Assembly (NCBI GenBank): GCA_038087875.1
Contig: JAXLNO010000188.1
Location: forward strand, 1 to 64,000
DNA: 64,000 nucleotides
Source: Malacoraja senta
Taxonomy: Eukaryota
Reading direction: 5' to 3'
The position numbers and the translations under genes were made by a program. Below are positions 1 to 11,864 of the stretch, in pieces. Below the pieces are notes generated by a model. The model had not been told where the DNA came from. It made no database searches and worked only from the letters and a program-made list of their open reading frames with translations. The stretch's first letter is position 1; each line of letters opens with the position of its first letter.

Positions 1-750
1 TGGGTGAGTTTCAGAGGTCTTATTTGGGTTTCTCCCTGCCGACCAGCTTCGAATGAACGATGCACTGTGGAAGGGAAAGTGAAGTGCGGCACAATGGCAG
101 CACATCCCTCCATTCCCAGTATATCGTGCGCCTAAAAGCCTCTTAAACGCCACTATCCTTAAAGCTACGCACTCGTGTCTTTGACATTTTCACACTGGGC
201 GAAAGGTTCTGTCTATCCTTTCTACCTCACTAATAATTTAATATACTTCTATCGGGTGTCCCCTCAGCATCAATCCACATTTGTCCAAGCTCCCCTTGTA
301 GATAATCCCCTCTAATACAGGCAGCATTCTGGTAAACCTCTTTCGCACGCTCTCCAAAGCCTCCACATGCTTCCTGTAATGGGGTGACCAGAACTGCACA
401 AACTACTCCAAATACGGCCTACAAAGCCTCATAAAGCTGGAACATCACTCTTTTACTCAGTCCCCCGACTGATGAAGGTACCATATGCCTTCTTTACCAC
501 ACCATCTACTGGTGATGTTCAGGAAACTACGCACTTGGGCTCCAAGGTCCCTCTGTGGATCAATGCTGTTAAGGGACTTGCCATTAACTTGCCACACATG
601 GTGTTTGTAAGACATTTGGACAGGTTCATGGAGAGGAAAAGATCAAGAAGGTTATGAGCCAAATGTAGCTCAGGATGCTCCCAAAGTGAGGTTGAGTTTC
701 AATGGGATGGTCGTGCTCTCTGGGTCTGTACAATGTGGTCCTCTTCGCAG

Positions 751-986
751 GTAAGAGTGGCTTTGGGGCGTACCACGGCAAACACAGCTTTGATACGTTC
801 AGCCATCGCCGAGCTTGTGTGTTGAAGTCGCTGGGCATGGAAAAGGTGAACAGTATCCGGTACGCGCCAGCCAATGACTCCAAGATGAAGTGGCTTCTGT
901 GGCTGCTGGCAAAACAGGGAGAGGGCAAGAAACTGCACCTCGTTGGGTTTCTCATCCTAGGGACACTGGTTTCCATCATAATGAAG
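751..986 (+). CDS. ALDH3A2: ALDH3-family fatty aldehyde dehydrogenase, penultimate coding exon (C-terminal region with membrane anchor)
   Basis: Acceptor ctcttcgcag|751 and donor AAG|gtgagt at 987. Translation (G)KSGFGAYHGKHSFDTFSHRRACVLKSLGMEKVNSIRYAP...LHLVGFLILGTLVSIIMK matches the ALDH3 motif GxSGxGAYHGKHSFDTFSH..RYPP plus a hydrophobic tail typical of ALDH3A2. SLC47A neighbours match known synteny. Confidence 0.9.
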
Positions 987-2535
987 GTGAGTCTGAAGCA
1001 ATGTATATATATATATAATACTAAAGAGTTGGGTGGGGTCAGAGCAAGATGTATAAACGAGGATTTCAGTAAATAGTCAGTTATAGTTTACTCCGAAAAC
1101 AGATAGTGTTCAGAGAGCGAAAATGGAAACAATAGCAACCTCCCTCAATAGAAGCAGTCATTGTTTTTAAAAATGCAGTGAGTGGAGGATAGTCAAACAC
1201 GGTAGTCACGCAGTCACAGGGCACAGAAACGGGTCCTTCAGTCCATCGAGTCCACGTCAAACACCAAGCACCCACTGACACTATCCTACACTGATCCGAT
1301 TAATTAACATGGATAAATCCAGGGTAGTCACCAACTGGATTATCAGCGTACTGTCGAGTTGTAATCTACTGTGAGGTGCTGTTCCTCTAGTTTGCATGTG
1401 CCTTATTCTGACAATGGAAGAGGCCCAGGACAGCCAGGTTGGGACGGGGAATTGAAGTGGCTCGCAGCCAGGAGCTCCAACTGACCCCTGGTGGATAGAG
1501 TGCACGTGTACAGTGAAGTGGTCGCCTAGTTTGTGCTTGGTCTCACTGATGCAGAGGAGGACACATCGAGAGCTCCAAATGCAATAGATGTTGGAGGAAC
1601 TCTGTCTCACCTGCCGGAAAGGCTGTTAAATAGGATATAGTGTCTTGTTTTAGAGCAATGTTGCGCCATAACAGGCCCTTCAGCCTTCTGAGTCTGCAGA
1701 GACCAACAACCTCCCATTTACACTAATCCTACGTTAATCCCAAGTTTTATTCTACTTAATTTCTATTAGGGCTAAATGAATCAAGGGATACAGGGAAAAA
1801 GCAGGAACGAGGTACCGAATTTAGATGATCAAGCATGATCATATTGAATGGCGGTGCTGGCTCGAAGGGCCGAATGGCCTACTCCTGCACCATAACTAAT
1901 GACTATTTCCTGCACATAACCAACCTTCACTAAATGTAGTTGGTCCGTAATTTTCATTCCAGGTATCCGTGTTGTAAATCAGGGTTGCCAGGTGGAGCGA
2001 GAGATCAAAGGGGTCATCTATGTGAAGCCTGGTGATGTGGGTGAGGTCCCAAATGAATATTTTTCATCTACATTCATTAAGGAGAAGATGTTTGGGGAGA
2101 GATGTGCGGGTGAGGCAAACATCTTTGTCAAGGTCCAGTTATCTCCACCCTTGTTTCCCGTGGCAACCTGACCCTGGTCTTCTAGAATGGAGATGAGGAG
2201 GAATGTCTTTAGTCAGAGGGTGGTGAATCGGTGGAATTTATTGCCACACATGGATGTGGAGGCCAAGTCATTGGGTATTTTGAAAGCAGAGGTTCTTGAT
2301 TAGTAAGGGTGACGAAGGTTACAGGGAGAAGGCAGGAGAATGGGGTTGTGAGGGGAGAGTAGATCAGCCATCATTGAATGGCGGAATAGACTTGATGGGC
2401 TGAATGGCCTAATTCTGCTCCTCTGTCTTATGAACGTGGAGATTTATTAAGCATTATGCTTTCCATGACATATAACGTCTTAATACTGACCCGTGGCTAA
2501 TTTCAGATTAGAGGTGTCTGGATGATTTTGCTTTA

Positions 2536-2772
2536 AGGGCCTGTCCCACTTTCATGACCTAATTCACGACCTTTTTTACTCGTGGACATTTTTCGTCATG
2601 TTGAAAAAACGCCCGACCTACTTGATGCCACGAGTACCTACGACGAGCATCACGACCTACCTACGACCTACCTATGACCTCCTACGACCTCGTGACGACC
2701 ATGCTGCGAGTATGAGTCAAGGGCAAACTCGGCAGAGGTCGTGAATTAGGTCGTGAAAGTGGGACAGGCCCT
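2536..2772. mobile_element. Harbinger/PIF-like MITE
   Basis: About 37-bp TIRs starting AGGGCCTGTCCCACTT (1 mismatch); internal ACGACCT tandem motifs; flanks TTA/TTC. Confidence 0.75.
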
Positions 2773-2839
2773 TTCGGGTACTCTTTATACTTCGTGGATG
2801 GAGAACAACACTTTCTAACTCTGCATTTCTTTCCTACAG

Positions 2840-2857
2840 TTTTACTTCAAATGGTAA
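2840..2857 (+). CDS. ALDH3A2: Candidate terminal coding exon of ALDH3A2 (FYFKW*)
   Basis: Branch-like ctaac plus pyrimidine tract ctgcatttctttcctacag, then phase-0 TTT TAC TTC AAA TGG TAA. Human ALDH3A2 also ends with a very short last coding exon. Confidence 0.5.
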   Translation, partial: FYFKW

Positions 2858-3458
2858 TCGACCCAATTGACCTGACAACCGCACAGAAGCAGCGTCAGAT
2901 TTATGGAATCTGGAGTCACCAGGCTTGACGGAAAACTGATCAAACAAGCCACTTTACATAACCTACCTTCACTAAGAAGCCACTTAACATAATAACCCTT
3001 GCGTAGAACATCCTATCAAACTGCTACAGAACGTAATCACATTCCATTTAAAGATAGATTGAAGGAGCAAACACTAGTCGAGCATCGTGGATCAAATGGC
3101 CTGCCAGGCTGTAACGGCAGATTTTCCAGCACATTCTCGATGTGATCTTTCTAAACTTTGAACTCAAGACTAATAATCGTCTCTTTTATGTCTGAGTGTG
3201 GCCGCACACCCAGTTTGCTGAGATTTTATATTAATTTCATCTTTAATTGTAACACAAGCATTTGTTGGCTAGCTGGAAATTTCTGTAGGAAATGTATTTT
3301 TTCCATTGGATTTTTACTGGGGTTTTTTGTTTTCTTTTTCAGCAAGTTTCACATGAAATATTTCTATCCAGCATCAAAGGTAGCAGGATGCCCCAACCCA
3401 ATCTTACTTCACTTCAGGTTGAGTTTCTGCAATCTTATTCAATGCTTTATAAAAGAAT

Positions 3459-3900
3459 CTCTGCCTCTTTGTCCCTGCCACTTTTTCTCTGCCTCTTTTT
3501 CTCTGCCTCTTTTTCTCTGCCTCTTTGTCTCTGCCTCTTTGTCTCCGCCTCTTTTTCTCCACCTCTTTTTCTCCACCTCTTTTTCTCTGCCTCTTTTTCT
3601 CTGCCACTTTTTCTCCACCTCTTTTTCTCCACCTCTTTTTCTCCACCTCTTTTTCTCCACCTGTTTTTCTCCGCCTCTTTTTCTCCGCCTCTTTTTCTCT
3701 GCCTCTTTGTCTCTGCCACTTTTTCTCCACCTCTTTTTCTCCGCCTCTTTTTCTCCGCCTCTTTTTCTCCACCTCTTTTTCTCTCTTTTTCTCTCTCGCT
3801 TTTCTCTCCCTTTCTCCCTCTTGCTCTCTTCCTCCATCTCTCTCTCTCGCTTTTTCTCCCTTTTTTTATCTCACTTTCCCTCTCCTCTCATTCCTTCACT
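3459..3900 (+). repeat. Polypyrimidine minisatellite (14-15 bp unit, about CTTTTTCTCYRCCT)
   Basis: Directly visible tandem array, more than 20 units, decaying into CT-rich sequence. Confidence 0.9.
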
Positions 3901-4511
3901 CTTTCGTGCCCCCGCTCTCGCTCTCTTTTGAATGTTTGGACTTACGGTCCCAACAGCCTAAATATATTTTTAAGTAGTATTGCGGATTAATCTGATCAAA
4001 AGCCACATTAGCCTTTTGTTAAAAGCATCTGGTCTCAGACTGCAGTGCCTGAGTGGATCCCAGGCAGATCCTCCCATCAGGTTCCTGAAGCTCGTGGGTT
4101 CAAGTCCCACGCCAGGCCTTCCAGTACGAGACCCCAATCTAATTCACCAGAGCAGTGCTGAGCGGGTGGTGTGCTGTCAGAGGTTCCGCCTTGAACATAT
4201 GACCTTGAGCCAAGGCTATCCTGCCTTGCGGCCATGACGTATGTTGAAGATAAGCACAAGCATTTGCCTCGGTGACCCGGGACCAATACTGCTCCATCAG
4301 CCTTACGAGTTCATTATTCCAGGAGCTTCAAATAGCTGTTGTGTCCTAATACTGTAACTGTGAACAAACTGCAAAAAAAGATATTGAATCGGCTGGAAAG
4401 CACGATGTGAGATCCTGAAAGGGAAGTAAAAGGTCCTATAGAAATGAGAGGATTTCAGCAGAAAAATGGTTCTGCTATTGATCAATGTAACATGCACTTA
4501 CTTGTAGCTTT

Positions 4512-4517
4512 AATAAA
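4512..4517 (+). terminator. Candidate poly(A) signal of ALDH3A2
   Basis: AATAAA at the end of an AT-rich, UTR-like stretch downstream of the candidate last exon. Confidence 0.35.
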
Positions 4518-5210
4518 ACATTTTGATTGCAGTGACTTGGGAGGTCGGAGGTGAGGAGATGGTGTGGGGGGGGGGAGGAACTAGACTGGAGGGTCTGTGG
4601 AGAGTTGTAAGGTGCTGGTGTGAGTGGGGATGGTGGTGGGTTAATGGGGATCCTGCTCTGCGGGGCTGAGATAGAAGGGGGTCCAGGAAATAAGTGGATG
4701 GGAGAGGTTTGGGGGGTGGGGGGGTCACACGAGGGACAGGATGGGGAAGAGCGGTGGTGGTGACCTCAGGCTCTGATTCTGGCTCATGATGGCAGGTCCA
4801 TGGCAGCACGATGAGTTTGGGGCGGGAATGTGGGGATCTCAGATGTAAGTGGTGAAGTTGATTGGGCGAATTAGACAAGGAATCCAGGGAATGTCAGCAT
4901 AGAATCATGGTTTTTCTGGGAGGTGGAAGATCTCGAGAGATGGATTAGTTATAGAGCCATACAGCACAGAAACAGGCCCTTCGTCCATGCTGATCAAGAT
5001 GCCCCATCTAAACATCCCGCATTTGCCCGTCATTGGTCTGTATGCCTTTAAACCTTTCGTCGAGTCAGGTGGTTGTTGCCACTTTGAGATTGATAATCTA
5101 ATGGAGAGGTGACCATTAACATCCCAAAGAGATGTGGGTGGGTAGTTTAATTCGCGACTGCAGATATCCCTTCGTCGTGGGTGAGTGGAAGAGGAGTTGA
5201 TGGGAATGTG

Positions 5211-5508
5211 TTTTAGTTTTAGAGCTACAGCACGAAAACAGGTCCTTTGGCCCACCGTGTCCACGCCAACCGTCAATCACCCATACACTAGTTCTAGCCC
5301 ACACATCGGGGACAATTTACAGAAGCCAATTAACCTACAAACCTGCACGTCTTTGGAGTGTGGGAGGAAACCGGAACACTCGGAGGAAAGCCATGCAGGT
5401 CACAGGGAGAACGTAAAACTCCGTACAGACAGCACCCATGGTCAGGAGCGAACCTGGGGCTCTGGTGATGTAGGGCAGCAACTCTACCGCTGCGTCACTG
5501 TGCCACCC
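5211..5508 (-). mobile_element. tRNA-derived V-SINE (HE1-like)
   Basis: Reverse complement of the family seen at 9448-9742. Confidence 0.8.
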
Positions 5509-6040
5509 AAAGGGGAGAATAAGTTACAGAAAAAATGACTGGCAATTTTTTTTAGAGGGTGGTGGGTAAATGGAATGAGCTACCACAGGAAGTGGGAGAG
5601 ACTGGAACAGTTACAAGGTTTTAAAGACATTTAGACAGGTACATGGATAGGAAAGGTTCAGAGGGTTATGGGCCAAATGCTAGCAATTGGACTACCCCTT
5701 GACTGGTATCTACATGTTGGGTCGATGGGCCTGTTTCTGTGCTGTGTAGCTGTGATTCCATGAATGGGGATGCTCCGATGAACAGCATCGACTCAAAGGG
5801 CGGAACATCCCACGCCATATGGAAAAATGCAAACAGTGACCAGCATCAAGACTGGGAAAGGAAAGGGAGCATGTTGATCCAAGGGTCTCAACCCGAAACG
5901 TCACCCATTCCTTCTCATCAGAGATACTGTCACTGTCCCCGCTGAGTTACTCCAGCATTTTGTGTCTATGGTTGATCCATTTAATGGGAATAGGATGGAG
6001 GGAGCAGGGGGAAGAGTAGTGTTTAAGGAGTAGTGTTTCA

Positions 6041-6217
6041 GAAGGAACTGCAGATGCTGGAAAATCGAAGGTAGACAAAAATGCTGGAGAAACTCAGCGG
6101 GTGCAGCAGCATCTATGGAGCGAAGGAAATATGGGTTTCGGCCCGAAACGTTGCCTATTTCCTTTGCTCCATAGATGCTGCTGCACCCGCTGAGTTTCTC
6201 CAGCATTTTTGTCTACC
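6041..6217. mobile_element. Penelope-like short element as an inverted (palindromic) pair
   Basis: Arm gtagacaaaaatgctggagaaactcagcgggtgcagcagcatctatggagc is followed by its reverse complement. The same family recurs many times in the window. Confidence 0.65.
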
Positions 6218-7984
6218 AGGGGGAAGAGTAGTTTTGTGAGGACACAGCGGGATAGATAGTTTGGAGGAGGCCGGGGCCTTGGGCCAACAGGAATGTGATG
6301 CTGAGCTTGGTGTTGGGAATGAGAGAGATGAGTATTCAAGGCAGCTGAATGCACACTCTCCATTGTTATGACAAATCCAGGGAGGGGGAACAGGATGGAG
6401 AAGGTAATTTGGAGATATTGGTGAAAATTGTTACCTCCTCTGCACTAAACTGCTATTCGTCTTTACAGCACTGCATTAATTGAACAATAAACTGACTTCA
6501 GTTCCATCGAGACTGGGTGCATTTCGTTCATAGCAAGCATGCGAGGGTAAATTTACAGTCTTTTACCCAGGGTAGGGTAATCAAGAAGCAGGGGAGATGG
6601 GTTTAAGGTGAGTGGGGGATGTTTTAATGGGAACCTGAGGAGCAACCTTTTTCTTGCAGAAGATGGTGGGTATATGGAATACACTTGCCAGAGGAGGCAG
6701 TTGAGACCAGGTACTATAACAACATTTTATGAGAAATTTGGACAGGTACTTGAAAATGAAAGGTTCAGAGGGATATCATGGGCCAAACGCGAGCAGTTGG
6801 AAATAGTGTAAATGGGGCATCTTGGTCGACGTGGGCAAGTTGGGCCGAAGGGTCTGTTTCGACATTGTGTGACACTTTGTGCAAGGACTAGGCTTGGGCA
6901 GAGGACTGGCTTTGTGATTGATTTGGGCTTTGTCTAAAGTGCTGCAGGAAAGTGGAGAAAGTCCTGTGTTTTGAGGGAGTGAGTGAACGGCAAGATTGAG
7001 TTCTGTGGGGTGGAGCTTGTGCATTGGGTTGCAGATCCAATTTAGTGAGGTGTGTACGTGTGTGTGTGTCTGAATTGTGTGACTAATTCCACGGGTAGGG
7101 CTGTTCATGGGGCGCAGATGAAGTGAAATGTGCATTGGACCATGAAAGGATGAGGTGTGGGCATGCATGCTATAGCCTTGTGGATCTGAAGGTTGGGAAG
7201 CCCATGTATGTTGGCTCGTGCTGCTCCCTTCCCCTGGAGTCGCCGTGTGGTGAAGATCGTGCCCTTTGATTGAAAGATACAGCATGGAAACAGACTGTTC
7301 GGCCCATCGAGTCCAGACCGATCACCCGTTCACACTAGTTCTATGCTATCCCACAGTCTCGTCCACTACAAACACACTAGGGGCAATTTACAGAGGGCCA
7401 ATTAACCTCCAAACCCGCATGTCTTTGGGATGTGAGAGGAAACCAGAGCACCCGGAGGAAAACTATGGGGCCACCGGGAGAACGTGCAAACTCCACACAG
7501 ACAGCACCCGAGGTCAGGATCGAACCTGGATCTCTGGTGTTGTGAGGCAGCGGGTATACCAGCTGCTCCACTGTGCCGCCCATTGTAACTCTGGAAGGAA
7601 GGAATCCCCACTGTGATATGGGGAGTGGCTCTTCGGCCGCTGGTGGTTGACGAGGACCCTGACAATGCCTTTCCCCTGTGGTAGACAACATGGAGTTACC
7701 ATTGTCGGATGGGACCCCTTTCCTGAAGATCATGATTCCAGGATCTCTGACATCCCTTGAAATCCCCTCTTTAAGGATGCGAGGCTGTGCATTGATCAGT
7801 GGGGGGGAGTTGCAGAATTGCAGAGCACTCCAGTCAAATCCAGTTGCCCACCTAGACTTGGCTCCATCTTACTTCGGCATGCAAGCCATGATGTTGACCA
7901 GTGGGTTTGACAACAGAGCAATTTCCTGAAGACCAAAGCTGCCGCATTCTGCCCACGCACCTCCCTCTACCGCTCTCGCACCTC

Positions 7985-8420
7985 TCACAGTGAATTGTGG
8001 ACGCAGCCCAGACCATCACACAAACCAATCTCCCTTCCATTGACTTCATTTACACTTCACGCTGCCTCGGCAAGGCCAGCAGCATAATCAAGGACGAGCC
8101 GCACCCCGACCACTCCCTCTTCTCCCCTCTCCCATCGGGCAAAGGGTATAGAAGTGTGAAAATGCACACCTCCAAATTCAGGGACAGTTTCTACCCAGCT
8201 GTTATCAAGCAGCTGAACCATCCTACCACAACTAGAGAGCAGTGCTGAACTACTATCTACCTCATTGGAGGTAGATAGTAGTTCCCTTATATATCTGTAC
8301 ACTGTGAATGGCTCGATTGTAATCATGTATTGTCTTTCTGCTGCCTGGTTAGCACACAACAAAAGCTTTTCACTCAACCTCGGTACACGTGACAAGAAAT
8401 TAAACTCAACTAAAACTGAA
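7985..8420 (+). mobile_element. Rex1/Babar-type LINE 3' fragment
   Basis: Encodes ...SIIKDEPHPDHSLFSPLPSGKGYRSVKMHTSKFRDSFYPAVIKQLN, a Rex/Babar-like ORF2 C-terminus. Related copies at about 51780-52200, 61585-61930 and 16880-17310 (-). Confidence 0.7.
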
Positions 8421-9447
8421 CCTCGTTTCCAACAAACCTCCTGTGGGAGTGCAGCCAAACCTCCCAAGCTGTCTAACTTCCCCACCGTGCTACATCAAGG
8501 ACTACCCAGGCTTCAATGATGGAGCTGCAGGAGATGGATGATGCCTGCATTTGCAGATGCTCAGAGGAAGATGTCCAAGGCATCATTGAAGCAATGGACT
8601 CCAGTGCCAATCCAAAAACTTCAGGAGACCCTGACTGATCCTGTTTCCAGCATTCCTGGGCAATTGTAGATGATGACAGTCCACAGCAGAGAAACAGATC
8701 CTTTGGCCCACCTTGCCCACACCAACCACGAGTACCTACCTATATTAATCCCTTTTACCAACTGATCTGAAGAACAAAAATTGTTCACAGTCTCTTCAGA
8801 CTTTAGAGATGCAGCGCAGAAACAGGCCCTTCGGCCCACCGTCTGCACCAACCAGCGATCACCCGTACAATTTTACCAAAACCAATTAACCTACAAACCT
8901 GCACGTCTTTGGAGAGTGGAAGGAAACCCGCTTGGTCACGGGGAGAACGTGCAAACTCCACACAGACAGCACCCGAGGTCAGGATCAAAGCTGGATGTCT
9001 GGCGCTGTGAGGCAGCGGCTCTACCAGTTGCCCCACCCTGTTGTGTGGTCTTGCAGTGATCTCAGGCCACTCTGCTTGGCCTCTGCAGAACCCTTTGGCA
9101 CTACTGTTGTCTGTGTGCAGAGATGCCTCCTGTTACTGCCCCTGCTGAAACATCGCACTGGTTTGTGATCATGTCCCCGGGAAGTCTGCACATGACCCTC
9201 GCCCACGTTGATCGAACAATGAAGGTATTCATTTCTCAAAACCAAACAAGTGCTGTTATTCAGTTACTGGTTTCAGTAAAATCGCCCCATTTCAAGCATA
9301 GTTTGCCAAACAGTGTCAGACTAAGGCGGATCAGGGTTAAAAAATCAATGTTAAGCCACAATTCAGTAGATCATGGTCGATCCTCTACACTGGGTACACC
9401 AATGTCAGCCTTCTTCGTCGGAGGTGGTACATTTTCCAAAGATTTAA

Positions 9448-9742
9448 GGGCGGCACGGTGGCGCAGCGGTAGAGTTGCTGCCTTACAGCGCCAGAGACCC
9501 TGGTTCGATCCTGACTGCGGATGCTGTCTCTACAGAGTTTGCGCGTTCTCCTGCGTGGATGTGGGAGGTTTCCTCCCATGTTCCAAAGACGTACAGGTTT
9601 GTAGGCTAATTGGCTTAGTGTTAGTGTCAATTGTCCCTTGTCTGTGTAGGATAGTCTTAATGTGCAGGGATTAATGGTTGTTGCGGACTCAGTGGGCCGA
9701 AGGGCCTGTTTCCTCTTGCTGTATCTCTAAACTAAACTAAAC
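9448..9742 (+). mobile_element. tRNA-derived V-SINE (HE1-like), near full length
   Basis: Pol III A/B-box-like head (TGGCGCAGCGG...GGTTCGATCC), V-domain-like centre (GAGTTTG..GTTCTCC...GGTTTCCTCCCA), CR1-like tail GGGCCGAAGGGCCTGTTTC plus (CTAAA)n. About 20 further copies or fragments, e.g. 7271-7581, 13708-13941, 20161-20470, 30498-30777, 38407-38697, 45855-46110, 50685-50983, 57105-57387, 63330-63622. Confidence 0.85.
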
Positions 9743-9916
9743 TGCAGAAGCTAGTTTAGACAAAAAAACTAAACAGCACGAAAACAGGCCCTTCGGCCCA
9801 GCGAGTTGGGTGATTATTGGTCGCACTGACTCGCTGGGCCGAAGGGCTTGTTTCCACACCGTATCTTTAAACTAAAGCTAAATGTCAGACTCCTTGGGTG
9901 AAGAAATGTCTTCAAT

Positions 9917-11226
9917 ATGTTGAAGGTACACAATGACCTACTGCTCACCGTTGACTCCGGCGACTGTGCAATTCTGCTCCTTCTTCACCTCAGCGCAGCA
10001 TTTGATACTGTCGACCACACCATCCTAATTGACCGTCTCCGGTATGGGGTTGGTATTGATGGCACTGCCCTGAGCTGGTTCATCTCCTACCTCAAAGGTA
10101 GGAGTTTCTCGACTAACATAGGCAACTCTTTCTCCTCCCCAGCTGATCTCTGCTGTGGGGTTCCACAAGGTTCCATCCTTGGCCCCATTCTCTTCTCCCT
10201 GTATATGCTCCCCTTAGGCCAAGTCATTGAAAGGCACGGCATTTCCTTCCATTGCTACGCAGACGATACACAACTCTATCTCCCCCTGAAGCCCAAAAAA
10301 CAATCAAATCTGTTTAACCTTACCCGCTGCCTCGAGGATATAAAGTGTTGGATGGCCCAGAACTTCCTCCAACTAAACGAGAGTAAGTCTGAGGTCATCC
10401 TTCTCGGCCCCTCGGACTCAATCAAAATGATAGCAGGCAGCCTTGGAAGCCTTACCCCACTACTCAAACCTCACGTCAAAAACCTTGGCGTGATATTTGA
10501 CTCAGCACTGAACTTTGACAAACAAGTCAATGCCGTGGTAAAAGCTAGCTTCTTTCAGCTTCGGACGATAGCTAAAATAAAACAATTCCTCCAGTTTGAT
10601 GACCTCGAAAAGATGATCCACACATTTATCTCCTCCCGCCTCGATTACTGCAACTCCCTTTACACTGGCATCAGCCAATCGTCCCTGTCCCGCCTGCAAC
10701 TGGTCCATAACACCGCAGTGAGACTCCTGACGGGCACCCGAAAAAGGGACCACATCACCCCGATTCTGGCCTCTCTCCACTGGCGCCCTTGTGCGGTTCC
10801 GAATAAATTTCAAGATCTTTCTTTATGTCTACAAAGCCCTTAACGGGCTTGCCCCCACCTACATCTGCTTACCCACCACACCACCTCCAGGTCCCTCAGA
10901 TCGGCCGACTTGGGGTTACTGAACATCCCACGGTCTAGGCATAAGCTCAGGGGCGACCGGGCCTTTGCGGTTACAGCATCCCTCTTCTCATCAGAACTGC
11001 CCCCTCCATTGACTCCTTTAAGTCGAGACTTAAAAATCATCTTTACTCTCAAGCCTTTCTTGACGTCCTCTGAGGGAGGGTATGTATGTATGTATTTATG
11101 TATGTACTTAATCTATGAACCAATGTTGAATAACGTTAGTACCTCCACCAATGTAAAGCGCTTTGGCCAATGAGAGTTGTTTTTTAAATGTGCTATAGAA
11201 ATAAAAGTGACTTGACTTGACTTGAC
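9917..11226 (+). mobile_element. 5'-truncated L2-clade LINE (RT C-terminal half plus 3' UTR)
   Basis: ORF 9917-10843 with [37 protein letters not shown] and [11 protein letters not shown]; frameshift near 10790; ends AATAAAA plus (GACTT)n. Confidence 0.9.
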
Positions 11227-11747
11227 ACAGATTTCCAAACCAGAGCCCTCCGTCTCCACTCAATTCCACCTATGAAGACACCCTTTGTTAGATTTAAATA
11301 CTCGACAGCTCCAAGCATGTGGGAAATGATTATGTCTGATTGAATTAACTGTCCGCTGATCCGCACGCCTTGCAGTGTGCTGGTTGTTACTGCCTTCCCT
11401 TCCTGCTCCACACACCGTCCCTATGATTCAGTAGGCAGCTTCCTCTCGGATGGGACGGGAACACCGAGGAGCCTCAAAGGTAAGCGAGGAGTTCATGGGG
11501 AAGGCAATGCCTGAAGGACTCAAGTCGAGCTCCTTCAAGAACAGTCTTGCAGACTTACTTTTCTGTCTTCCTTTTTTTTGCGTTTTCTTGTCTGCCGTTT
11601 ACCCCTCATTCCTTGGAGCCACATTCCTTCTCCCCTCCCCCAACGACGTGTCTCCACTTCCATCTCTCCCGCTCCACCCGCCCTACCTTTCCCGCCTACA
11701 CGGCACCGTTTGTAGGTGGACTGGTGGCTGGTCCCCCCCACACGCCA

Positions 11748-11864
11748 ATGGAAGACCAGGAGCAGCTAACGGAAGTTGTGGGCACCTCTAGGATCAAGTT
11801 CTGTGGAAATCCAGCTGTTATACGGGAGGAGGTCAAACAGCTGTTTCTCCTGGCCGGGCCTCTG
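11748..11864 (+). CDS. SLC47A1-like: SLC47A paralogue A, first coding exon
   Basis: MEDQEQLTEVVGTSRIKFCGNPAVIREEVKQLFLLAGPL|gtgagt; contains the MATE EExxxLxxLAGP motif. Confidence 0.88.

Noticed and set aside
745..758. CAG|GTAAGA recursive-splice-like motif at the ALDH3A2 exon start
   Set aside because: Explained by the conserved Gly-Lys codons; no evidence of use.
3158..3990. Long overlapping ORFs on both strands (F/L/S-rich or K/R/E-rich)
   Set aside because: Artefacts of the stop-free pyrimidine minisatellite.
9448..9520. tRNA-like sequence
   Set aside because: It is the SINE head continuing into the V-domain, not a standalone tRNA gene. The same applies to other copies.
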